Origin: an uncultured Lachnospiraceae bacterium
GTDB taxonomy: Bacteria; Bacillota; Clostridia; Lachnospirales; Lachnospiraceae
Length of the DNA stretch: 64,000 nt
Assembly (NCBI GenBank): GCA_910586255.1
Contig: CAJUHR010000025.1
Location: forward strand, 5,177-69,176
Direction of reading: 5' to 3'
Part shown: positions 45,925-55,541 of the stretch, piece by piece
Layout of the letters: each line of letters opens with the position of its first letter
Position numbering within the stretch: the stretch's first letter is position 1
Position numbers and translations under genes: made by a program
Notes under the pieces: generated by a model
Databases searched by the model: none
Told to the model about the DNA's origin: nothing
The model's input: only the letters and a program-made list of their open reading frames with translations

Positions 45925-47355
45925 ATGTCAAATATTTTACAGGTGACCACGCCGAATCTGAATACGGACAACCGGAATATATTGAATCCTCAGGATCCCA
46001 GGCAGGCAGGCCAGGCTATCCACAATCCGGTGGATCCCACCCGTGTGGTTCGTGCTGATGGCCGGGACGGGGAACAGACAGGGAACAGTACCCAGGACGA
46101 TCTGTTCAGCGCGATTAATTATGACAGCAATTACGGCGCCTTTGTCAAGGGACTGGGGGAGAACAGTAATCTATCCGGTGTGATGGAGCGTCTCCTGTTT
46201 GGCGATATGGCAGGCCTTAAGGGGGCCGAGCAGGCAGAGGTGAGCGCTCTGGTGGAGCGTTTCCTCATGTCCATGCGTATGGATTCCCCTCAGGATCTTT
46301 TAGAGTATCTCCAGGGGCAGGGGGAGCTGCAGGCCAGATTTTCCGGAGACTTTTTCAGCAAGCTTCGGTCCCTGCTGTCGCAGAATCCCTCTGAGCGTCT
46401 TAAGGAGGCTGTGCTGAACTTTATAAAAGGGTACAACAGCTACTCCTCCGGAGCCCATCTTTTGCAGCAGATGAAGGCTCTGACCGATGATATCGAGCAT
46501 CTTCTCCTGCGGGCTTACCGGGAGGAATTCAGAGGACTGGCCAATTCTATGAACTGGGACGCGGCCAACGGCGACACGGAGGAAAATGCCGGTGTTCTCA
46601 ATCAGAGGCTGATTCCGTTTCTTTCTTCCTATGTATCAAGAACTCATGATTACGGGGCGGTCCGGGAGGCGGCTATGCTCCTGATTTTCCATGCTGTCCG
46701 CTATCAGAACGGAGGGAAGGGCCGGCTGTTTGCCTTATTTGACAGTCTTTTGGGCAACCGGGATTTCGGGAGGCTTTTTAAGGGGGACGCGGAGGCGGAT
46801 ATGGAGCAGCTTCTGATGGCAGGCGCCAAGGAGACTCAGCCGCCCTTGTCGGAATTTGCCGACAATCTTGCCGCTCTTCTTCTAAGGGGGGCCAACGGCC
46901 ACGGCGGCTTGGAGAATGTCCAGCAGTTTTATAATATTATGAACGGTATGCTCATTAATGAGAGCGTTTACATGCCACTTCTCCATTTTATTCTGCCCTT
47001 CCAGTACGAGGACAACAATGTGATGTCGGAGATGTGGGTGGATCCGGACGCCAAAAAGGACAGCGAGGATGAGCCCAGAAAGATCAAGCTTTTTTTGAAG
47101 TTTGATATTCAGACTTTGGGAAAGTTTGAGATGGTGATGACCTTGCAGGATAGGCAGTCCAGGGTTCAGCTTTTTGTGCCGCCGCAGCTAGCCAGACAGA
47201 ATAAACAGATTCAGGCAGAGGTGACGGAGATTCTTAAGAAGAATGGATTCCGGTTCAGCCAGCTTCTGATTCGGGAGCGGATCCGCGACAGGCGGGTGGA
47301 CGAGGTTTTTCCGGAAATTCGGGAGAAGGAGAGAACGATCAATGTCAGAATTTGA
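45925..47355 (+). CDS. FliK-like protein (C-terminal hook-length-control-type domain), 476 aa
   Basis: The C-terminus 'KLFLKFDIQTLGKFEMVMTLQDRQSRVQLFVPPQLARQNKQIQAEVTEILKKNGF' follows the same pattern as the FliK C-terminal domain at 9821..10975. The N-terminus is disordered. The ATG at 45925 follows GGAGGACAT. Confidence 0.45.
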   Translation: MSNILQVTTPNLNTDNRNILNPQDPRQAGQAIHNPVDPTRVVRADGRDGEQTGNSTQDDLFSAINYDSNYGAFVKGLGENSNLSGVMERLLFGDMAGLKGAEQAEVSALVERFLMSMRMDSPQDLLEYLQGQGELQARFSGDFFSKLRSLLSQNPSERLKEAVLNFIKGYNSYSSGAHLLQQMKALTDDIEHLLLRAYREEFRGLANSMNWDAANGDTEENAGVLNQRLIPFLSSYVSRTHDYGAVREAAMLLIFHAVRYQNGGKGRLFALFDSLLGNRDFGRLFKGDAEADMEQLLMAGAKETQPPLSEFADNLAALLLRGANGHGGLENVQQFYNIMNGMLINESVYMPLLHFILPFQYEDNNVMSEMWVDPDAKKDSEDEPRKIKLFLKFDIQTLGKFEMVMTLQDRQSRVQLFVPPQLARQNKQIQAEVTEILKKNGFRFSQLLIRERIRDRRVDEVFPEIREKERTINVRI

Positions 47356-47698
47356 TGATCTGATGCGGCAGAAGGCAGTTGCCCTGAAATATAATCCGGA
47401 CAAGAACGGAGCTCCGGTTATTGTTGCCTCGGGTATGGGATACCTGGCAGAGAAGATTACGGAGACAGCCATGGAGGCAGGGGTGCCGGTCTATGAGGAT
47501 GATTCCCTGGCCACACTTCTGACTCAGCTGCAGCTGGGAGCAGAGATTCCCAGGGAATTGTATCAGGCGATTGTTGATATTTATATCTATTTTTTGGGAT
47601 ATGTACCGGAAAAGAGCGAGATGCCAAAGGAAGAGCAGGAAGAGGAAGAGATGCCTGCCGCCGGGGACGGGGATATTTCTGAAAATACAGGCGGCTGA
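47342..47698 (+). CDS. free-standing FlhB C-terminal subdomain homolog (YlqH/FhlB-like)
   Basis: 'KAVALKYNPDKNGAPVIVASGMGYLAEKI...IPRELYQAIVDIYIYF' aligns with the in-window FlhB segment 'HFAVALKYDPDKYGAPVVLAKGQDELALRI...IPAEFYGAVAEILVYIY'. It overlaps the upstream gene by 14 nt. Confidence 0.8.
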   Translation: MSEFDDLMRQKAVALKYNPDKNGAPVIVASGMGYLAEKITETAMEAGVPVYEDDSLATLLTQLQLGAEIPRELYQAIVDIYIYFLGYVPEKSEMPKEEQEEEEMPAAGDGDISENTGG

Positions 47699-47759
47699 TC
47701 CGGCATGAAGGCTTATGAAATGCCGGAAAGGCCAGAGAGTGATAAGTCAGGAGGATTTT

Positions 47760-49133
47760 ATGGTTCAAAAAATAAAGAGAGCAATGGGGCTTTTGCTGGC
47801 GCTCTGCCTTTTGGCCATGCCCATGGAGGCGCTGGCGGCCACAAAGCCCATCAACAGTGTAAGCGTGAGAGTGTCCTCTAAGCTGGAGGCGGGAAAGAGC
47901 CTGCCGGATATCCAGATTGGTTCGGAGACGGCCGAGGACGGACAGGTGGTGGTGGGAACAAGCAGCGGTTCCTACACCTTGACGGAGGCGGAGTGGGTGG
48001 ACGGCAACACAAAGGAGATAAAGCCCTCCGATGAGCCCAGAATCAAGGTGACCCTTGAGCCGACCGATGTGAGCGAGCATTATTTTCTTGCCAGCTATAA
48101 GTCGTCCAATGTAAAGATCAGCGGCGGATCCTTTGTCTCGGCAAGGCGGGACGGAGATTCCCTGATCGTCACCCTGCGTGTAAAGCCGGTGAAGGGGGAG
48201 TATGATCCGCCCACGGAGGCATACTGGAACGAGAAGAATCTGGGGGAGGCCCGGTGGGAGAAGCCGGAGAATGATTCCGGATATTATGAGCTGCAGCTTT
48301 ACCGGGACGGGAAGAGCGTGCAGAAGGTGGCAAAGACCTCAGCCAAAAGCTACAATTTTTATCCTTATATGACTAAGGAAGGGGATTACAGCTTTAAGGT
48401 GCGGACGATTCCGGGAACGGATGCCCAGAACAAATTCGGGAAAAAGAGCGACTGGATAGAGTCTGGGGAATTGGAGATTACGGACCGGTACGTGTCTGAC
48501 GGAAAGGGACAGCAGTCGGGCAAGCCTTCGGTGGTGAAGGGAACCACGGACACGGTTGGCTGGTTTAAGGAAAATGACCGATGGGGATACCGCTATCCGG
48601 ACGGAAGCCTGTCAAAAGACGGGTGGTCGGAGATTGACGGCTTGTGGTATTATTTTAATGAGGACGGGGTCATGTGCACCGGCTGGAGACCGGTGGGAGG
48701 ACAACAGTATTATCTGTATGACAACGGACAGATGGCAGTGGGCTGGTCAAAAATCGGCGGCTCCTGGTATTATTTCCGGCCGGAGACGGAGGGGACATTC
48801 TTAAAAGGCTCCATGATGACTCCCGGATGGCATGTGATCGGACCTTATTATTATTATTTTAATGGAGACGGAAGCTTGTATACCGGGTGGCTTAAGGAAA
48901 ACGGCAAGACCTATTATCTCAATGAGCTGGACAACAGTCTTCAGGGCACCATGTTTACGGGATGGATCCGCAGAGAGGAAAAGACGTATTTTGCCGATTC
49001 CAACGGGGAGATTTTGGAAGGCTGGAATCAGATAGACGGAAGCTGGTATTATTTTTACCCCGGCTCCGGAGAGATGGCCCGCAACACCCAGGTAGATGGG
49101 TTTACCGTTGATTCGGACGGAATATGGAGATAG
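47760..49133 (+). CDS. secreted protein with an unknown N-terminal domain and C-terminal cell-wall-binding repeats (paralog 1)
   Basis: The signal peptide is 'MGLLLALCLLAMPMEALAA'. There are at least seven 'GW..(I)DG.WYYF...G.M..GW' repeats. The ATG at 47760 follows AGGAGGATTTT. Confidence 0.7.
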   Translation: MVQKIKRAMGLLLALCLLAMPMEALAATKPINSVSVRVSSKLEAGKSLPDIQIGSETAEDGQVVVGTSSGSYTLTEAEWVDGNTKEIKPSDEPRIKVTLEPTDVSEHYFLASYKSSNVKISGGSFVSARRDGDSLIVTLRVKPVKGEYDPPTEAYWNEKNLGEARWEKPENDSGYYELQLYRDGKSVQKVAKTSAKSYNFYPYMTKEGDYSFKVRTIPGTDAQNKFGKKSDWIESGELEITDRYVSDGKGQQSGKPSVVKGTTDTVGWFKENDRWGYRYPDGSLSKDGWSEIDGLWYYFNEDGVMCTGWRPVGGQQYYLYDNGQMAVGWSKIGGSWYYFRPETEGTFLKGSMMTPGWHVIGPYYYYFNGDGSLYTGWLKENGKTYYLNELDNSLQGTMFTGWIRREEKTYFADSNGEILEGWNQIDGSWYYFYPGSGEMARNTQVDGFTVDSDGIWR

Positions 49134-49154
49134 AGCAGAGAGAAAGGACTTGGC

Positions 49155-50453
49155 ATGCAGAGAGTGATAAAGGCTGGCCGGAGAGGGATTTTGTTTCGGT
49201 CAGGTATATGGATGATGGCGGCCCTTCTTCTGACAGCGGGGAGGGGAGAAGTGAGCTATGGGGCTGAATCCAGCGTCATAGAGAGCCTGAGTGTGACTCT
49301 TAAGAGTACATACGGAGAGCCTGAGGAGATTCCGGAGCCGGAGATTACAATAAGTGGCACCGGCTGTTCTCTGGGAGATGTGCAGTTTCGCACGGATTAT
49401 GATAAGTGGAAGCCTGGCAAGAAAGTCCGGGTGGAGATTACGGTCAATGCAGATGACGGAAAGGTGTTTCCCGCCTCCTTAAACCGCTCCAAATGTAAAA
49501 TATCGGGAGCGGATTTTGTGTCAGCCAAGGCGTTGGATGACGATACACTTCAGGTGAAGGTGGATTACAAGCCGGTGACGGTTTTGGGGGACACGACAGA
49601 GGCCGGCTGGAGTTCATCAAGAAGGCGCGCGGTATGGAAGCCGGTGGACTATGCCCCCGGATATTCTGTGGTTCTGTACGGCAATGACAAGGTGGTCAAA
49701 CGGATGACGGTCACAGGGGCCCACTCGGTCAATCTGACGGAATTCATGGATGATGTGGACAAAACCTACTATTATGAGGTGAAGGCCATTCCGGTTACCT
49801 CCGATGAGAAGAAATATCTAAAGGAAGGGTCTTTTGTCACATCCACGGACCAGGAGTTTGACTGGGAGGACTGGGAGAACTGGAACAGCTCCGGAACCGG
49901 CACAAGCAGCAGTCCGGGAGGCAGCAGCGGGCCGGGAGGAAGCGGCAGCGCGGGCCCGGGAGCCGGGGCCGGAGACGGAGGCTCGGTCAAGGGAAACAAT
50001 TACATCATGCCGGACGGAAGCAAGGCGGTCAACACCTGGAAGAAGATCTCAAACCGCTGGTACTATTTTGACCAGAACGGCAATATGGCAAGAGGCTGGC
50101 AGTATGTAAACGGTTTTTGGTATTATATGGATGGAAACGGGATTATGCAGACCGGATGGATCAACCCTTACGGGGACACCTGGTATTATCTCAACGGCAA
50201 CGGGGATATGTGTGTGGGCTGGATTCAGCCGATTCCGGGTGAGTGGTATTATCTGGACGGCTCAGGGGCCATGCAGAGGTACTGGGTTTTGGTAAACGGC
50301 AAATGGTATTTCATGAACCAGAGCGGCCGGATGCAGACCGGATGGATTCAGGCGGACGGCAAATGGTATTTTCTTAACAGCGATGGCAGCATGGCGGCCA
50401 ACACGGAGGTCAGCGGCCGCAGGCTGGGGCCTGACGGAGCAGAGATTCGGTGA
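49155..50453 (+). CDS. secreted protein with an unknown N-terminal domain and C-terminal cell-wall-binding repeats (paralog 2)
   Basis: It has a hydrophobic N-terminus. Its N-terminal domain is collinear with paralog 1 ('ISGADFVSAKALDDDTLQVKVDYKPV' versus 'ISGGSFVSARRDGDSLIVTLRVKPV'). A Gly/Ser/Pro linker precedes the cell-wall-binding repeats. Confidence 0.7.
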   Translation: MQRVIKAGRRGILFRSGIWMMAALLLTAGRGEVSYGAESSVIESLSVTLKSTYGEPEEIPEPEITISGTGCSLGDVQFRTDYDKWKPGKKVRVEITVNADDGKVFPASLNRSKCKISGADFVSAKALDDDTLQVKVDYKPVTVLGDTTEAGWSSSRRRAVWKPVDYAPGYSVVLYGNDKVVKRMTVTGAHSVNLTEFMDDVDKTYYYEVKAIPVTSDEKKYLKEGSFVTSTDQEFDWEDWENWNSSGTGTSSSPGGSSGPGGSGSAGPGAGAGDGGSVKGNNYIMPDGSKAVNTWKKISNRWYYFDQNGNMARGWQYVNGFWYYMDGNGIMQTGWINPYGDTWYYLNGNGDMCVGWIQPIPGEWYYLDGSGAMQRYWVLVNGKWYFMNQSGRMQTGWIQADGKWYFLNSDGSMAANTEVSGRRLGPDGAEIR

Positions 50454-50535
50454 GAAAATACAGACATCGGATAAACGATTGCTGTAGTAACGACAAATAA
50501 GTTTCCTAATAATAATAGAAAGAGGAACAGACACA

Positions 50536-51456
50536 ATGGGATTGGTGACGTTGGAAGCACTGAATACGCAGAGTGCACAGAACATACAGGGCGGATATAC
50601 GGTCCGCCCGGAGGAGGTAAAGGAGAGCTTTCAGTCCGTATTTAGGGACATCAGTCAGGGGGCTCCGGAAAGTATGGATAAGATTTTTGAGGAGGCGTCC
50701 TCCCGGTACGGGGTTCCTCTCAATCTGGTGAAGGCGGTGGCCAAGGCAGAGTCTAATTTTAATGCCAGCGCGGTCTCCAAGGCCGGGGCTATCGGAGTTA
50801 TGCAGCTGATGCCTGCCACAGCCCGGTCTTTGGGGGTGACGGATCCTTATGATGCCCGGCAGAATATTATGGGCGGCACCAAATACCTAAGAGAAAATCT
50901 GGACCGGTTCGGGGGAAATGTGAGCCTGGCTCTGGCTGCTTACAATGCAGGGCCCAACAGCGTCCAGAAGTATGGGGGGATTCCTCCCTACAAGGAGACC
51001 CAGAATTATGTAAAAACGGTTACTTCCTATATGAACGGCTCTCCGATCTACGCAGGGAAGCTTGTAAATACGAGCAGCAAAAGCCGCCTCTCGGGACTTT
51101 ACGGTTCCGGGGCCTACGGGCTGACCTCCGATCAGCTTTTGGGGCTTTATGGCAGCGCGTCCGGCGGAATCGGAGATCTTTACGGAAACGGCTCCGATCA
51201 GCTGACCGGGCTTTCGGGAACCTCCTCCTACAATCAGCTGGCCGGTCTTTATGGTACTTCCTACAATCAGCTGGCCGGTCTTTACGGCCTCTCGGCCGGT
51301 GGGGCCGGTACCTTGGGGATGGGGCTTTTGGGCACAGCCTCGGAGGATGGGGAGACTATAACCATGGATAAGGAAAGCTATGCCAGCCTGATTCAGCTTT
51401 TGCGCCTGCAGATGATGATGAATGCCAGCAGAGAGGTTGGAAGTATTACCTTGTAG
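50536..51456 (+). CDS. SLT-domain lytic transglycosylase with C-terminal 'QL.GLYG' repeats
   Basis: 'AVAKAESNFNASAVSKAGAIGVMQLMPATA...AAYNAGPNSVQKYGGIPPYKETQNYV' is the SLT catalytic signature. I see no N-terminal hydrophobic signal. Confidence 0.8.
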   Translation: MGLVTLEALNTQSAQNIQGGYTVRPEEVKESFQSVFRDISQGAPESMDKIFEEASSRYGVPLNLVKAVAKAESNFNASAVSKAGAIGVMQLMPATARSLGVTDPYDARQNIMGGTKYLRENLDRFGGNVSLALAAYNAGPNSVQKYGGIPPYKETQNYVKTVTSYMNGSPIYAGKLVNTSSKSRLSGLYGSGAYGLTSDQLLGLYGSASGGIGDLYGNGSDQLTGLSGTSSYNQLAGLYGTSYNQLAGLYGLSAGGAGTLGMGLLGTASEDGETITMDKESYASLIQLLRLQMMMNASREVGSITL

Positions 51457-51513
51457 TTCAGGCGGCGGGAGTTTTTATGTGATTTCATTAAAGGGGGAGG
51501 ATGAGCCTGTATT

Positions 51514-52137
51514 ATGAGATTGAAGGATTGCGATGGTTGCCTGGTATACGGCACCGATAACCGGCCCCTGTCTAGGGCCCGGGTGGAGACGGATGCGGAG
51601 GGGAGGATTCGCATGTATTTTCGGAATCCCAAGCTGCGCAGTGTCCGGTTTAAGACGATTGTGGATTTTTATGACCGGTCTCAGGGGGTGGTTCGTAGCC
51701 AGTGCGAGCTGGTGATTCAGCGGAATGTGCTGCCGGATAGGATGAAGGAGCCATGGATGGCCACCTGCGAGATTCTGGATGTCCATGAGGTGTTTCAGAG
51801 GCAGAAGGATCTGCGGGTGGATGTGGACCTGAGAACGGAGTTTATGACAGGCAAGGGATGGTTCTTTTCCGGGGCTATCCGCAACATCAGCGCGGGAGGG
51901 ATTTTTCTTGTGACGCCTCAGGTTCTAAAGAAGGGGGAGTATTTTTCCTTCCGATATCGCTTCGGCCAGGAGAACTGTGAGGTGGAGGCAAAGGTGCTGA
52001 GGGTGGGAGGACTGATACAGGGCGAATATGGCTATGGATGTCAGTTTGTGGGCCTTTCCATGGAGACGGAGGCAGCCATAAGGAAATTTGTCTTTACCAG
52101 ACAGATGAAAAAGCAGAATAATAAGGGAAGAGAATAA
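51514..52137 (+). CDS. PilZ-domain protein (YcgR/MotI-like architecture)
   Basis: A C-terminal PilZ beta-barrel carries the 'NISAGG' (D/N-x-S-x-x-G) motif. The upstream 'QRQKDLRV' stands where RRxxxR is expected. Confidence 0.7.
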   Translation: MRLKDCDGCLVYGTDNRPLSRARVETDAEGRIRMYFRNPKLRSVRFKTIVDFYDRSQGVVRSQCELVIQRNVLPDRMKEPWMATCEILDVHEVFQRQKDLRVDVDLRTEFMTGKGWFFSGAIRNISAGGIFLVTPQVLKKGEYFSFRYRFGQENCEVEAKVLRVGGLIQGEYGYGCQFVGLSMETEAAIRKFVFTRQMKKQNNKGRE

Positions 52138-52139
52138 TT

Positions 52140-53222
52140 TTGAAAATAAATCTGGTAATGATCGTTAAAAATGAGGAGCGGTCCCTCAGACGGTGCCTTC
52201 GGTCTGTGAACGGTCTGGTGGACGAGATGATCGTGGTGGATACAGGTTCCACAGACAGAACCGTGGAGATTGCTGAAAAGATGGGGGCAAAGGTATTTTC
52301 CTTTACCTGGATAAATGATTTTTCGGCTGCCCGGAACTATGGGCTGGGCCGGTCCGATGGGGACTGGAATCTGATTCTTGACGGAGACGAGTACTTAAGA
52401 GAGGCGGACAGAGAGAAGCTGGAGACAGAGCTAAGTAGCCGGCAGGGGCTGTGGCTGGGCTGTATCACCAGATACGATGCCTTTCAGGACGAGGAGGGCT
52501 TAAGCGTCAGCACAGCCCTGCTTCCCAGGCTGCTTCCCAAAGGGGTTCTTTATGAGGGAATCATCCATGAGCAGCCAGCGGGGAACCATCCCTCTTACAG
52601 GGTTGATCTGCAGGCAGACCATGACGGCTATTTGTATCAGGATAAGGGTGAGAGGAATCTTCCCTATCTGGAAAAGGCCGTGAAAGCTCACCCGGGAGAC
52701 GGGTACTATCTCTTTCAGATGGCTTATACCTTAAGAAATCTGAAAAGATACCGGGAAAGCCTTCCCTTTTTCAGGAAGTTTTACCGGCTGGCCGGCAAAA
52801 GAGAGGGATACCGGTCCGGCGGTGTGGTGCTTTATCTGTATACGCTTCTGGATTTGGGCGGCGGTGAGCATTTGGATGAAGCCGCCGCGATTATTGAGAA
52901 GGAGGAACCGGCTCTGGGAGGCTGGACGGATTTCTGCTTTGTGTGCGGGCTTTTTTATATGAAGCGGGTGCTTTCCGATGTGGAGCGCTATATCAGCCTG
53001 CTGCCCGGGATTGAGGGCTCTTATTTGCGGTGTCTTAAGCTGGGAGAGCAGCCAGAGCTTGGCGGTGTGGTGGGAACCGGTTCTTTCCGGGCCGCCTACA
53101 ATCTGGGCGCCTGGTACGAGGTGTCGGGCCAGACGGATAAGGCAAAATATTTTTATGAGAAGGCAGCCGGGGAGGGCTATGGCCCTGCCGTAAAGAGGCT
53201 GGGAGAAAACTGGAAAAAATAA
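52140..53222 (+). CDS. family-2 glycosyltransferase fused to TPR/Sel1-like repeats
   Basis: 'MIVKNEERSLRRCLRSV...VVDTGSTDRT...ILDGDEYL' is a GT2 signature. The C-terminus 'AAYNLGAWYEVSGQTDKAKYFYEKAAGEGYGPA' is Sel1-like. The start is TTG 52140 or ATG 52158. Confidence 0.75.
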   Translation: MKINLVMIVKNEERSLRRCLRSVNGLVDEMIVVDTGSTDRTVEIAEKMGAKVFSFTWINDFSAARNYGLGRSDGDWNLILDGDEYLREADREKLETELSSRQGLWLGCITRYDAFQDEEGLSVSTALLPRLLPKGVLYEGIIHEQPAGNHPSYRVDLQADHDGYLYQDKGERNLPYLEKAVKAHPGDGYYLFQMAYTLRNLKRYRESLPFFRKFYRLAGKREGYRSGGVVLYLYTLLDLGGGEHLDEAAAIIEKEEPALGGWTDFCFVCGLFYMKRVLSDVERYISLLPGIEGSYLRCLKLGEQPELGGVVGTGSFRAAYNLGAWYEVSGQTDKAKYFYEKAAGEGYGPAVKRLGENWKK

Positions 53223-53312
53223 GGAGAACGGCAGTCATTTTATTCCTGAAGAGGGAGTGGAACGGCTGTTTCTTTTTAATCGCCTGTTTCAATATTTAAT
53301 CAGAAAATGTGT

Positions 53313-53341
53313 TTGACAAGCGTACAAAAATTTGCTACACT
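53313..53341 (+). promoter_or_regulatory. sigma-A-type promoter candidate for guaB
   Basis: TTGACA (53313-53318), a 17-nt spacer, then TACACT (53336-53341). Confidence 0.55.
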
Positions 53342-53367
53342 AAGAAACTAATAAGCGGATGTAATAA

Positions 53368-54860
<1,493 letters not shown>

Positions 54861-54861
<1 letters not shown>

Positions 54862-54888
54862 TTACTGACATTGTCTGAGAACAGTAAC
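54861..54888. repeat. GTTACTG/CAGTAAC hairpin repeat (type A)
   Basis: GTTACTG-acattgtctgagaa-CAGTAAC starts at the last base of the guaB stop codon. The loop contains TCTGAG, as do the type B copies. Confidence 0.55.
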
Positions 54889-54962
54889 GATGAATAAGCA
54901 TATCTGACGGTTACAAAAAATAAAAAGAGACAAAAAACGTAATATTTTGACGATAAAATCAC

Positions 54963-54994
54963 GTCCGCCATGTTTTACATGGCGGACATTTTGT
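54963..54994 (+). terminator. rho-independent terminator after guaB
   Basis: GTCCGCCATG-tttta-CATGGCGGAC is followed by ATTTTGTG. Confidence 0.75.
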
Positions 54995-55079
54995 GATATA
55001 CTGTCTATATGGGAAAAAATAGTGCGGGAAGTGTAGCCTAATCAGGGAAAATATGGTATACTAAACTGATAATTTATGG

Positions 55080-55541
55080 ATGGTGAAGAAAAATATGCTG
55101 AATGAGGACAAGATTAAGTTAATGACTGGAATTGCTATATTTGAAAAACAGGAAGGGAAGCGGATTTTTCCTGTTAACCGTTATTTTCAGAGCGATTACA
55201 TCAGCAGGTACATGTTCCGTTCGTTTTTTTCTTACACGATCTGTTATCTGTTGTGTGCCATGACCTGGATCTTATATCACATGGAACAGCTTCTCAATAC
55301 CCTGGATATTGGAGAGATGGTTGAGACGGGAAAGTATGCGGTGTTTTTCTATATATCGGGGTTGATTTTATATCTCATCATTACCTGGCTGGTGTACCGC
55401 AGGCGGTATGAGTATGCCAGACGCGGCATGAAGGTTTATGTGGCCAAGCTTAAGCGTCTGGAGAAAAGGTACGAGTTCCAGAATCGTGCCAGAGAATTGT
55501 CAAAGGAGGGCGGCCGCCATGATCGTACTTCTCGAAATTAA
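55080..55541 (+). CDS. small membrane protein of unknown function (two predicted TM segments, basic C-terminal tail)
   Basis: The hydrophobic segments are 'FFSYTICYLLCAMTWILY' and 'AVFFYISGLILYLIITWLVY'. It is the first gene of an apparently coupled four-gene unit ending with cdaA-cdaR. Confidence 0.5.
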   Translation: MVKKNMLNEDKIKLMTGIAIFEKQEGKRIFPVNRYFQSDYISRYMFRSFFSYTICYLLCAMTWILYHMEQLLNTLDIGEMVETGKYAVFFYISGLILYLIITWLVYRRRYEYARRGMKVYVAKLKRLEKRYEFQNRARELSKEGGRHDRTSRN

